From Tubiluchus corallicola (lineage: Eukaryota; Animalia; Priapulida), in assembly GCA_030141605.1 (NCBI GenBank), contig JAQGDQ010000174.1:62001-126000 (forward strand): a stretch of DNA of 64,000 nt, read 5' to 3'. Positions 12,078 to 24,870 of this stretch are shown here, in pieces. The translations under genes and the position numbers were made by a program. The notes beneath the pieces were generated by a model that searched no databases, was not told where the DNA came from, and saw nothing but the letters and a program-made list of their open reading frames with translations. Position 1 is the first letter of the stretch. Every line of letters starts with the position of its first letter.

Positions 12078-13590
12078 AAGATTATTGTATCAAAAAAGCT
12101 GATTGCGGTTGAAATATTGAAAACGATATTTTTCTTTTTCATGTTTTTTACGCAATTTACAGTTCGGGCTCCTGCAAGCCGGATTCCAGCGTTCAGAGGC
12201 AGGTCCTTGTCAATTTGGATGTTGCACCAGAGCCTAACTCATTAAGACCATGCTTCTAGGTCTCAGGTCGAGGCAGAAGTATCTCAGCCACTACGAAAGT
12301 ATATACGTTGTCACGAACAGCCATAATCAGCACGGCAAATAAAACGAGATCGGCGAAAATCGAAGGGTGACTAATCAACCAAGGCACCTCTTTTGCATGC
12401 AATAAATTAGTATTCTATGAAATCCAGATGTTTATATTAAAATTTAATCAATATTAAAAGACAAATCTGAACAACTTATGTATTTGAGTTCTTGTAACTA
12501 TTGCCTTTGTTTAAGACTCATCTATGTCAGTCCTACAGCTAGTTTAGATTATTTTGTAGATAAAAACAACACAACTTTATTAAAACTTTTACTTTACAAA
12601 GTTTAAAAGTTTTAACTTTAACTTTTTTAACTTTGTAAAGTAAAAGTTTTAATAAAGTTGCGTTGTCTATAACAATAAATGTTCTTAAGTGTGATAAAAA
12701 TTGACTTAGATTATTTTGTTGTTTTTCTCGCCTATCGCGAGACATTGTGAACTTGTTTTGAATTGTTTCTCAATTTATATAATAGAAGTAGCGCTGTGTT
12801 TGAGGTGTACTGTTAAATATTGTAGTAGCAGAAATTTTAGTTAAGAAATTTGTGCTTCATTGTTAATGCCGTTAATAAATAAACATGTTTATATGAAAAA
12901 AAAACTCGGCGTAGTTTTTGGCTTCGCTCGCCAAGACATCTCCGCTATGCCATGCAGCGCGCCTCAGTGTATAAAAATGGATTATTATAAGGAAGCCTTT
13001 TGCAATATCAATTCTTTCTGTTTATAGCAGCCATAATTATAGTTTAGCATAGACATATTTTAGGATGTGATTATATGTGTGAAAATGACGCTAGAAGAAT
13101 CCGATCTATGTGATCTAGCTGACCACGTAAACGAATTATTGAAGGATGCTACCTGATCTGCATCATTGAGCTGAAAACGTAAACAAATTATTGGTGACAT
13201 CAGTAATGAAGTGTTGAGAGTCGAGTGTGGAAACGTCTGGAACGGACGCGTGCAAATTAATTATATAATTATGCTGAATGCTGAAGTAATTAATTATCAA
13301 GGTTCATCGGCGAGCTTGGCTAGGGCACTATTACCTCCCTTGGGTAGAGGACGTCACCTCCATAATTAATTCGTATTTAAGCGATCGATGGGGCACGCTT
13401 TTGTGAGGTGCGAACTAAAAATTTCCGCAGTTGATTTACCTAGAAAACATTATTTGTGTATTTGTTTCTTAAAACCAAATACGAAATAAAAACGTAAACT
13501 TTAAATGTTTTTAAATTGTTGACGTGTTTTCTGCACCTGTAACCTACAAGAAACCTATAACTAAATTACCAAGTCTGAAAATTTTTAGCA

Positions 13591-13891
13591 CCTCTACTTT
13601 GACTCGAATCCAGGCCTTCCGTTTTCCGTTCAACTAAGTTAACCGTTACACCACAGAGGCACTTAAACCGTTCACTCGTTCAGACTTACTTAGAAATTTG
13701 CTCTTTAAGCTACTAGAAATCTATCAGCGGAGAATCACAGAGCATACTGTATCAAGACGTGGTACGACATCAATTCAATAAATGCACGAAAACAATACTA
13801 AATTAAAAAATGCAAAAAAATCCACTCCACTAGGTCTTGAACCCAGACCTTCTGCTTTCCCGGCAGCTAAGCTAACCTCTATACCACAGGG
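13591..13891 (-). repeat. Two tandem tRNA-like (A box/B box) units inside an unclassified repeat
   Basis: Minus strand TGGTGTAACGG...GATTCGAGTC (13591-13660) and TGGTATAGAGG...GGTTCAAGACC (13821-13891); no complete cloverleaf. Confidence 0.55.
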
Positions 13892-14652
13892 CTAAAACTG
13901 AGGTAATGAAAGCTCATTTACAAAAACAACTAGCAACATCTATTTGAAAGAGTCTTCGAAATGAGAACATTTTGCGACATCCTAAGTATAAAAAAGAAAT
14001 TATGCTAAGCAATATACTTATTGATGGTTAAAAAATTTGTGATTAAATTCTTTTTCAAAAATCTTATAACTTTTGTTGAGAGACTATAACCGTAATTCTC
14101 CACTTAAATAGAAATAAAATAGTGTATTTAATTATGAATTCAATTTGGTTAACTTATTTTACGCTAGACGGATGGTACAGCAGCCACAGTTTGTGCTCCA
14201 AAATCTAATATTAGCGTTTAGAGGAATAATGAGACTTTTATACCAAAGCTGCTTCAGCGTTTTGGCTGCATTATTAGACTTTAATTTCAATTTGATAAAA
14301 ATGGGTGTATTAAAAGCAAATATGCTGGCCATTTAGTCTGAATAAAGATACTAAGGAAATAATCAGCTACTTAAATTGAGTAATTTTATAGCAATTGCGA
14401 AAGTCTTCAGAAAAAGTTCTCTCACAATTGCACGTTACTTAATTTAGCATCTGATGCACTCATCTTCAATAATATTTCACATGTTCTGAGTATCGAACTA
14501 CTGAATTTCGCATAAAGTTTCACAATTTCACTAACTGCTAACTTAAATCCTTGAAAATTACACAAAATGAGCAAGCAACTCATAGTAACGATAAAAGAAA
14601 TGCTTGAAATATTTGTGCTTTTAGTGTTCAAATTCGAAAAACAATCTTTTAC

Positions 14653-14874
14653 CTCTCCTCTAACGTTGACGGTCATTTTATCCCCTGATTCGCTGACCTT
14701 CTCCGCAAGTGTATAGCCTTCCTTTTTATCTGGCGCCCAACACATCTTCTTTGCCTCAAATGGCATGTTCATCGTCTCCATTGTCATCTTCTGACTGGGT
14801 TTCAAGAACTGCCAAGGATCTTGTTCCAGGATCTCCTTCGCACCCCATGGCAAGGGAAGGGCTTGTGTCAACAT
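14653..14874 (-). CDS. Myosin II heavy chain first coding exon (N-terminal SH3-like domain); exon probably begins at 14908
   Basis: AAG ATG start; DPWQFL...PFEAKKMCWAPDKKEGY; GAG|GTAAAA donor; TTTTTTTCTTAG acceptor at 14909-14910. Confidence 0.93.
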
Positions 14875-15371
14875 CTTGCCAAATCGACCGGTTACTGTAG
14901 CTTAGGCGCTAAGAAAAAAAGTTAATAATTTTAAGGTAAAATGACAAAAGAGAGTTGTAGTCTCTTGAGTGAAGCCCCGTGCGTGCAGGTGGTAAACATG
15001 TGCAGCGTAAACAACTTTGACTTAGAAGATAAACTTTGACAGTCTTACGTGACAGTTGTAAAAATCGGCTCAAAAGAATAAAGGCGTTTAAAGCAAGATT
15101 TGCACTAAAACCAGCTGCAGTTTTATGTAGTAAGTGGCCATTCAGCCCACATAATCCTTTTAAGTAAAAGAAAGATTTGCGTAAGTCCAACGCTAATACT
15201 TTTGCCTCATCTGATTGAATTTACTTAATATCCTATTTGGCGCATTTACACGAAGAACACCACCTGCATGCTGAATGAGACTATAGAAACATTTCCAACT
15301 ATCGTTATAACCTTTTCAATGCTACACTGAATAATAAAATAAAATACAAAAAAACACAAAATTTCTCTTAC

Positions 15372-15397
15372 ACACTCTCAGCAGCAAGCGACATGTG
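15372..15397 (-). other. Putative short non-coding first exon of the myosin gene
   Basis: Begins ~25-30 nt downstream of TATAAAA and ends at a GTAAGA donor (G at 15371); start site approximate. Confidence 0.6.
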
Positions 15398-15419
15398 AGA
15401 TACCTCGCCCATTCCTCCA

Positions 15420-15569
15420 TTTTATACCCGTCCGGACGACGAGAAAAAATTTCGGATCTCGACGCTGATTGGACATGCAGACTTTGTCGAGTTAAGTCAA
15501 CTTTCTATAAGCGGCCAACGAGTTGTGGCAATGACATTCCAATGGTCTATTTTTGAGTCTTAAATTTAG
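15420..15569 (-). promoter_or_regulatory. Myosin core/proximal promoter: TATA, CCAAT and MEF2-type sites
   Basis: TATAAAA at 15420-15426, CCAAT at 15468-15472, TTAAATTTAG (YTAWWWWTAR) at 15560-15569; E-boxes nearby. Confidence 0.65.
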
Positions 15570-16519
15570 GCTTCTGATTTCAATAGTGAATTCAAGTTCG
15601 CATGTGATGACATTAAACATTAACTGTTTAAAAAGGCGTTGCGTGAGGGGAGGCGCTAGGACAGGTTTTTATTTGGGTTTATATAAATCGGAAAACAGAG
15701 CCTTTATATCAATACACTAGGGACGCAGAACCCTACACGCATTTTTATGCAACAATGCGTCTTAAAGTTTGGTATAACGTGCAAATGTAACTTTGTCCAA
15801 GCAAACTAAATTATTGCAGTTTTGCAAAACTGAAGTTGAAGACACTTCCAGTAATTCGATTTATATTTGAAAAATATTTCTTTAAAACATTACATGTTAG
15901 TGTTATTAATTTGATGAAATTTCTTAATAATTCAGATATCTACGTATTTTAAAGTTGAAAAGTCTTATTCTAAATAAATGCGCAAATAAAACGTTATTTT
16001 AGTGGGCAAATTATTTTCCACTCCCTTAAATGTAGTTGTAAAATTTTAGTAAAGTGATGTCAGTCTACTAAAACCGACTTCACAGTTGTAATTTGGCAAA
16101 ATAATACAGGTAACAACCTCTAATTTAGTTCTCTTCAATTCGCGGTAAATTGCATAGATGTGATCCACCGACGCAGGTATTGATTAAGGGGTAATTATCT
16201 AAAGGTGTAACACCTGAGCTGTAACTCGCAACATATATTCCATTCAAGAATATTGCTAATTGAAAGAAGGAATAAATCTAAGGGGAAATGAAAAGGACTT
16301 GCAATGGGGCTTGTAATGGTATGAAGTGGGTGGGAGGCTTATTGCAACAGCTGGGTTCTCATGCCACAACTTTACAACTAAATGTACATTTCCAATATTA
16401 ACTTATAGCTTTCGCTCTATAATAAAGTTGCTTAATTGGCGTATGCGTTAGACCCTTCACGTAAAACACTGAGTCACATGCTAACCTATATATCTAGTAA
16501 GAGAGCTTGGGTTATTACA

Positions 16520-16724
<205 letters not shown>

Positions 16725-17019
16725 GATCTTTATATTTTGCATATGTTCGGTTGTATGTTCTGCTGTGTAAAAACAGTAGAATAAAAAACAAGATAGTAAA
16801 AAGTATCTCAGTTTAGCAAGGAAGTATAAAAGTCCGAAGGGTTAGTTGATTTGCTATCGTATCATAATTTTTTGTATAGCTTAATACAACAGAGGATACT
16901 ATTTATACTGAATGGTTGTAGCGAATCTGGTACTTATTTTATTAGGACAGTCGTCTGAAGTAAAAGGCTAAAGTGCAATCTGAGGCACACTTGCATTTGT
17001 CGACTTGCACTTATAACAA

Positions 17020-17235
17020 GACAGGTAAGGACGCAACACGCAAATAACGAATAACATGTCCAAGCAATGGCAATCTCTAGACTCGAACTCAAGACTGCGT
17101 GGTTGCAGGCGAAATGTGGGCCACTCAACCCAGCACGAGTGAGAAACACCTCGACCGTAAAATACTCTTGAGCCACCTATCCATTTAATAAACAGAATTG
17201 CTTAACTTCGTGGCCAAAGTGCCATAGTATGGGCT
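17020..17235 (-). mobile_element. SINE remnant (5S-like plus tRNA-like head); second partial copy at ~20950-21078
   Basis: Shares ACGCAAC..CAAATAACGAAT and CGAACT.AAGACTGCGTGGTTGCAG with 20950-21078; 17170-17212 resembles reversed 5S sequence. Confidence 0.5.
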
Positions 17236-18165
17236 GACGTGCACAATAGCCTACATTCAAACTAATAAGCACTCATGGTAGCTGTTCCACTGCATCTTGC
17301 GCTGCCTCAGCGTGTCACCCCCAATCAAACATCTCTCAGCCTCTCATCTCGTAAACTGATACCAGGAATGTAATTTCCCATATATAGGGAGGATGAGCGT
17401 GTTAAAGTTAGAAGACATATGCTCAGTGTTGCTGATCGAACTGAGAGTATCATTTGCAAGTCGTTTCCCTTGGCATCACTGAACGCTTAATGCAAAATCA
17501 AAACTCGACATTGAGTGCGCTTCTTTCTTTAAAAGAAATTAGTGAAATTCCGTAAGCTTAATAATAAATATCTTTAATAAATTTTAGTTACTATTAAGTT
17601 GTTGTGAAGTATGTTCGTTTTTTGGTCCTATGTTTTTGTTTATTAATGCATTTATTGATTTCTCGTTGAATAATGACATTATCCAGCTAATTGTTGCGTC
17701 ATTTCTAAGAATTATAATAAAAAATTCTAAAATTGTTTGCTTTTTTGGTAATTTTTTAACAAACTAAGGCATTATGTCGAGGTATTACTGGAAGAAATTT
17801 CTCATTTTAATTAAATATTTATTAACATCGAAATACTGGTAATTCTTAGTATTCGTTTGTTTGTTACAATTTTTAGTATCTCTAGGATTTTTAGGATCTT
17901 TAGGATTTGGAATTTTTATGATTAAGAACTTTAGATCTTTTGGATTTTTATGATCAATAGTTGTTATAATTTTAGTGAATGGCCCCTTTAGTCGGGTGAA
18001 TTAATGTTCTTTGTATGCAAAGTAAATCGACGTTAAAATAAACTTTCTCACTTAATTATTTACTTATCCGTTACACTACTCATGCCCCGATTAAACCATA
18101 ATTTTCCATCCTTTGTGTAACGAGGCTCATAATTTTTTTAAATGTTATAATAATTAAATATAAAT

Positions 18166-18812
18166 TTGCACATTTGAAAAGAGTTGGCAGAGTTGAAAAG
18201 AGTAAAGACCTTTAAGTATCTGGGTTCAATGATAGACGAGATTGCAGGAATGGAAAAGGAGGTGAATTTCAGGATTCAGTGTGGTTGGAATAACTGGCGA
18301 AAAGTTTCAGGTGTGATATGCGATAAGAGGATTCCAGCGAGACTTAATGGTAAATTTCACAAAGTAGTGGTCAGACCCGCCCTAATATATGGGCTGGAAG
18401 CAGCACCTCTAAAGAAGACCGAAGAGAAGAAAATGGATGTGGCGGAGATGAGGATGTTGAGATGGATGGTGGGAGTAACAAGAAGGGATAAAATAAGGAA
18501 TAGTAATATTAGAGGAACAGTGAAAGTAGTGGAAGCCTCGAAAAAGATACAAGAGGCAAGATTGCGATGGTATGGGTACCTGAGAAGAAGAGTCGGGGAA
18601 GATAACGTGGGAAGGGAGGTCATGGAAATGGAAGTGCTGGGAAATAGAAGAAAAGGACGACCCAAGCTGAGATGGTTTGAATGTATTAACGGAGACCTTA
18701 AAGAGAAGAACATAAATGAAGAGATGGCCAACAACAGGAATGCATGGAGAAGACTCATTCACAACGGCGACCCCGCATAGGGAAAAGCTGAGAAGAAGAA
18801 GAAGAAGAAAAG
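18166..18812 (+). mobile_element. 5'-truncated RTE-clade LINE, recent insertion
   Basis: Uninterrupted RT C-terminal ORF 18184-18780 (FKYLGS, WNNWRKVSGVICD, LRWYG, RKGRPKLRW); (GAA)n tail; 17-bp TSD AATAATTAAATATAAAT at 18149-18165 and 18813-18829. Confidence 0.95.
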
Positions 18813-20949
18813 AATAATTAAATATAAATCAATGACCAAAACCCAAATAAACAATTGCAGTATATAGTTAAAATAAAGTTTTTAAATTTCTCAAAGTGTG
18901 TTTCCATTTTCATTTTTCTCATTTTAATGACTTTATTTTTAATTTTATAAGCAAAAATTGTCGGAAGCATTGTGTGAAAATTCATGTCACACTTCACAAA
19001 TCATAATGATATGCACATGAATTGTGCGCAATAAATGTTCAGAATGATTAACCCACTGCAGTAACGGAAATTTCTCAATTTCTGCTGCCAAGATGTATTT
19101 AATTGGACTTTCAAGGGTTAATTTAGCCATGGGCAGAGGAATGAGCATCCTAGATAAGAGATGTTCCCACGCAATTCTCTCGTATGACGTCATCGCATGC
19201 TTCACAAAGCAAATTACTTTAGATTGGGACAATACTAATTTATTGAAATCTGACACACCGTTCTGCTTATATTGAGCTATTTCAGTGTGTTGCTCTTATC
19301 GCTCGGAAACAGTTATGGCGAATTTTATTAAATAAAACAGTGAAAAAAATGCAAACATATCGCGGAAGGAGAAAATTTGAAAAAAAACGATTTTGTCAAA
19401 TACAACTGCATATTAAGATCAATACTGCCTATAGGAAACTGGAATTTTCATTGTATAATTGTAATGACTGTAATTCTTTCAATAAATAGAAGAGGCAAAC
19501 GTAATGAATCTGTGTACAATAAAATGAAGAGATCAAATTTCAGTGTCTCAGTATTAAGAGCACCGGTCTTCATCACATATTGGCGTAGATCATCTATCAC
19601 TCCTAATTTTGAATCACAAAATTTTGGACCGTTGGTTTTGTCTTACGAACTTAATAGGTCAAGCGTTTGATTTTAGTGAATCGTATTAGAGTGAATTTTT
19701 TTATAATTTTTTTAATAATATTTGTACTTTCTCGTAATAGAGAAAGTACTTACCATAGAGAGTGAATAACTGATCCCATTCAAAAGATGTAAGCGCAGAT
19801 TGAAGGGTCGGGTGAATTAAAAATGGAAGAAAATAGAGAGAGAGAGAGAGACAAAGAAGAGGAAGTGAGAGAGAAAGAAATATTTGGAGGAAAAAATAAC
19901 TTGCCCCCAAATTTCATTTTATGTTAGTTTTTGTTTGCTCCCTTTTACTGTCTTTTTCATTACCATTCTCATTTTCCCTATTTTTCTTTAAAGATTTGTT
20001 TACATCGTAAGATCGCATATTATCACGAGCTCAGTCGTGCTCTGCATGTATACATGCGTACAACAAAAGGCGCAAGGGACGCAATTAATGTCTATTCATT
20101 ATGCATTCTATAGCAAGACATGTCCCCATCTGATGTTCTATTTATCATCTTAATTACTAGGTTAGGTAATTAGGTGCAGATAATATATGTTATGATACGC
20201 GTACATGTGAGTTAGACTAATAGCCAAATGGGACACATGAACGAAATAAATAAACTTTGAAACTTCCAAAACGATTTTAAATATCAATTGTTACTTTAAA
20301 GGAACACGGGATGATTTTTCATATACTACCCCATTTTGAAGTCCGATGAAAAAGTTTACATTTTAACACGATTAACACTGCAGAAGTACAGTGCTACAGT
20401 AAGATATTCAGTGTGTTGTACTATCACTAGGCATGCTTTAAAATAAAAATCCAAATTTCAAATTTACGGCTGTGTCACGCATGAGCTGTCGAACGTGTGT
20501 AGTTCGCACACAACGAATTTTTAGTATTTTTTCATTCAAAACCTCACTCTATGGACAAGAAGGCAAATGCAACGCTCATTCCCAAACTTTCAACACCTGC
20601 TTAGGAAACTCGGTCGAAATAGATTGCCTAACTAGTCCCTGGTGGATTTTTGTAAAGCTCTACCCTTTTCGTTGCTTGTTTTAGTAAACACAGTGGCGTA
20701 GCTTGGGTTATTCCAAGAACCTAGAATAGAAGGATTTATTATATAAGCTATCAAACTTATATAAACGCAGTGTAGCATATAGGAAACTTTCAGCAGAGGC
20801 TCCTCAAAGATAGATGAAAAGTGTGGAAGGTTTTAAAAATCTGAATGTAAGAAGTTCAGTGTCAGAGGAAGACAAAGGCAAGATTTATTTACCGTCACTC
20901 ATTTAACAGACAACATCAGCACTATGGCTATTTTTCGACTTACAACAAT

Positions 20950-21078
20950 ACAGGTCTGTACGCAACGCACAAATAACGAATGAAATATAGGGTATATACC
21001 CTGGCGTCGGGAGCCGCTGGTATCGAACTGAAGACTGCGTGGTTGCAGTCCGAAATCTAAACCACACTGCCACACTAT
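20950..21078 (-). mobile_element. tRNA-derived SINE fragment (same family as 17020-17135)
   Basis: Minus strand TGGCAGTGTGG (A box) ... AGTTCGATACC (B box); similar to 17020-17135. Confidence 0.55.
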
Positions 21079-21199
21079 TATACACTATTAAAGCTGCACT
21101 GACCTGTGGATATTAGTTTCTTCGAAAACGTATTGTTTTCACGTTACTAGGTATTTAGTAATTAGTTACTATGCCAAAAAATGCTGGGCTGTCACGCAT

Positions 21200-21790
21200 C
21201 CACCAAAAAAAAAACTTCAAGAAACCTTGGGTAATCACTGATTTCTTGACATTCATTAAAATAAAAAACCAGCTTATAAAACTCACAAATTGTCTGTACA
21301 AAAAGAATATTGTCTATGTCAATAAATTTAATCGTTAAAGAACTGTCTATTCGCACTTGTTACTCTAACTGACTCAAAACTAATAAACAAATGTGAAAAA
21401 AATGGAAAATTATAAACGGTATAATGCATTGTCAGAAAACCATGCACAAATCACCCAGTAAACTCAAGTTAAATGGTAAAGAATGCACTTCGGAGAAAAA
21501 CAACAGTGAAATATTAAACTTTTTTCTCTAATATAGGACATGAGATGGCTAATGAAAATCCCTATACCAACTTTAGATGAAACTACTTTTTAAATAATCG
21601 TGTCTAGAATGGTTTCTATATAACTCCAATAATGGATAACGAAGTACGTACGGAAATAAATAATCTAGACAATGACAAATCTTTTGGCCCAAAAAAATCT
21701 CCATTATTTCTGTAAACTATCCACTGATGTAATTACGCCATTTGTCTGTTGTATTTAACAAATCAATAAGTAAAAGTGTTTTTCTTTTTT
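21200..21790 (+). mobile_element. Decayed L2/CR1-group LINE ORF2 fragment (linker upstream of RT)
   Basis: Frameshifted KKPWVITDFLTFIKIKNQL, NIGHEMANE and ITPIMDNEVRTEINNLDNDKSFGP motifs. Confidence 0.7.
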
Positions 21791-22157
21791 GTTCCTTATT
21801 TTTTAGTTGCTTAAGCGACTTTGACTGTGTCTTTATTTACGTATACGATATAAATTTAAATTTACAAGTGCATACATTCATTTCAATCATTCTATCATTT
21901 CCATTATAACAAACTGATTTTACCTATTGGACATAACTGTTTAAGTTATTATATAGAAAGTATGATAACTGTATGGCAACGCATCAAGTAGATGTAGATT
22001 GCTTATTTCGACCTATATTTAATATCTGCAAAACTTAATTTTTGCTTATTTTCTTTAGGCCTATTTTTTGCTTATTTGCTTAATCTTTTTTTACTAATAA
22101 ATTTAGTAAATTTAATAGAATTTAATATCTTAAACAAAATGAATAAATTATGTCATC

Positions 22158-22178
22158 TGCTATCTATCTATCTATCTA

Positions 22179-22216
<38 letters not shown>

Positions 22217-22391
22217 AGTCAGTCACAGTCAGTCAGTCAGTCAGTCAGTCAGTCAGTCAGTCAGTCAGTCAGTCAGTCAGTCAGTCAGTCAGTCAGTCAG
22301 TCAGTCAGTCAGTCAGTCAGTCAGTCAGTCAGTCAGTCAGTCAGTCAGTCAGTCAGTCAGTCAGTCAGTCAGTCAGTCAGTCAGTCAGTCA

Positions 22392-22435
<44 letters not shown>

Positions 22436-22550
22436 GTCTGTCTGCTGGTCCGTCCGTCGCCCGTACACCCACCCACCCGTCTATCCATCCATCCATCCAT
22501 CCATCCATCATCCATCCAGCCATCCATTCGTTCATCCATCTATCTATCTA
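22158..22550. repeat. Compound tetranucleotide microsatellite (TCTA/TCTG/TCAG/TCCA)
   Basis: Direct inspection. Confidence 0.95.
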
Positions 22551-23764
22551 GTTAATTTTCGCTACTGGACATTCTGGTTTTCTTAACTACGTTTGCAGCT
22601 AGGAGACGTATACGAGCAAAAATTTAACAAAAATCACCTAGATATTAATAGTAGTAATCCCTATATTTAACACTTAATGAAGTCTACACGTTCGTTCAAG
22701 AGAGAATAGAAATTTTGAAATTTGCAATTGTTTTATATTACTAGTACAAATTACAATAACAGTAATTTTGGGTATATGGAACATTTGAGACCTCTTGTTC
22801 TCTATAGCCTATAGTGCCTTGTGATATCTTATTAACAGAGTTATTATATTCAGCAAGACATCTGAGCTCAGTGCAATTATTGATAATGCCAGATTAACGT
22901 ATAGTCATGGGCGTTTTCATAATACCTTCTTTGATTCTCACAACCCACATGCATACCTGGCCTCAGTGTCTTTTGGGAGTAATGTAATAAGTACTTACTG
23001 CAGATAATTCTGCGTTAAAATCAGATGTGATTGCATAATGTACGCATAAGCAGGGTTGGAAATTTTGCTGACACATTATGAGAGGAGCTGAAATAGCTCT
23101 ATATTATTGTTAGATTGAAAATCACGCGCTGTCTTCGTTTTAAAAACTTGCAGGAGGACGCAACGAATACACTCCCACTAACCTATATCTTCCTGGGCAG
23201 ACTGGAGCTTTTTTTATTCAAGGTATAAGGAGGCTTCATTACGCTCATCTTTTCGCGGTATTGTTAGCGAAGATCTGCAGGCTACCACGCATGCGCGAAG
23301 CAGAAAAAGGCAATCTACAAAAGACTCTAACGGAGATTGTGTAGGTGTTGATTGCACTATGTGACATGAACTTGCTGGCTAAATGACTATCATATTAATG
23401 TGCTGGGAGCTGCTTCTGCAGATGGTGTATCACTCGATAGATAATTCGTCTTAATGATATTTTTGTATCAGAAGAATTCTGCATGGTCCCACTAATCAAA
23501 GAAGATTGTGTCCACTGACTATTTTGCATATAGGTATGTACGAAATACTATAGTCAATATTAATGCATTTTTTTCTTTCGCAACTCGATCGCAAAAACAT
23601 GTTCAGTTAAAGAAACTGAACTTCCGCTCGAAGTTTGGAAAGTAATGTAAAAATATATTTACCACACCAGGTGTGGTAGTTTAAAAAAACACGTCATAAA
23701 ACTTCAAAAGTTAGTCTAAAACTGTTTAACGAATACACAGTAAAAGAGAACGCTTATTTGTTTT

Positions 23765-24870
23765 ATTTTGAGTTTATTTCGTACATGTAAAAAGTGCATA
23801 TCATTATATAAAAAATATAAACACTCAGCCATATTGGCTATTACAAAACTTACAGTAGAAACTACTAAAAATATTTACATATTTGATATTTACATGTTTA
23901 ACTCTGAGTAGCAAGAATAACAGGTCTTGAATTAATTAACTATGTGCTCGCTCGTATAGGTAGCCTGCTGGAATGAACCAGCTTTTGAGTTACAAAGCTT
24001 ACATACACATGAATGTTTTAGATCAAAACGCTGGTTAGAGCAGATTTTATGGTGGAACCCGTGAACTGCATGTCTTGTTACGGCATGTGGGGTCTGCCTC
24101 CTGGGTTCTTTCCATTCATTTTGAATCATTGTCGGTGTATTATAGAATGCCAGCTCTGTCGACTTTACATTGTCTTCGACATTTGCTAGATATTTACAGA
24201 ATTCTCGAGTTAGGGTACTATCAAACATTTCTCAATTTCAATGCTGTGCCTTTCCGTATTACATGACAAAATTTTTCTTATTTACGGATAACTCCAAAAC
24301 CCTTTTCAAAAACTTCTTGTCCAAGTTTCAAAAAAATTGTAGATGGCATGTCGTCCCAAAGGCTATCACCTTTTGGGCCAAAGACGAACGAGTTCCTAGG
24401 ATTTGCCCAGCCCGACTTTCTGCCAAGTTGGATATTATAGCTTCACATACATACAAACAGCCTAGTGTCGGCGCCAGGTAATGGCAGAGTTTGAAAATTT
24501 TTACAATTTTTTGCGCATTGCGAATGTATGAACATTCGTGTAATCATTTAGAAATTTGTGATGCCATAACCAATGAGTGCACGGTATCAAAAGAAAATTT
24601 TGGTATTTTGGTAAAGCCTACCATTAACGAAATAGCCAAGGGCAAAATAAGCACTGGCGTAGCAAATGAGAAGCTACGCTTATTAAGGCTCTATTCTTCA
24701 ATTCAGCTACAACAACGTATTGCAGACTTAACGAGCATTTAATGTTTCGCTTTATGGAAAATATTATACAAGATTTCGATAAAGCTTTCTTTATTAAGTT
24801 TATATGATCTGGAGAACACGCTTATAAACTTCATCACCTTTTCATTGCGCATTGAATTTTCGCAGCTAAG
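23765..24870 (-). mobile_element. Decayed non-LTR retrotransposon 3' portion with Cys/His C-terminal domain
   Basis: Broken frames give NEKVMKF, TKIPKFSFDTVHSL and FLKRVLELS, then ORF 23932-24228 HAVTRHAVHGFHHKIC...CVCKLC; AATAAA downstream near 23773-23778. Confidence 0.55.

Noticed and set aside
13591-13891. Functional tRNA genes
   Set aside because: Acceptor and anticodon stems do not pair properly; treated as tRNA-derived repeats.
17377-17389. CArG box upstream of myosin
   Set aside because: CCATATATAGG has seven A/T, not the CC(A/T)6GG consensus.
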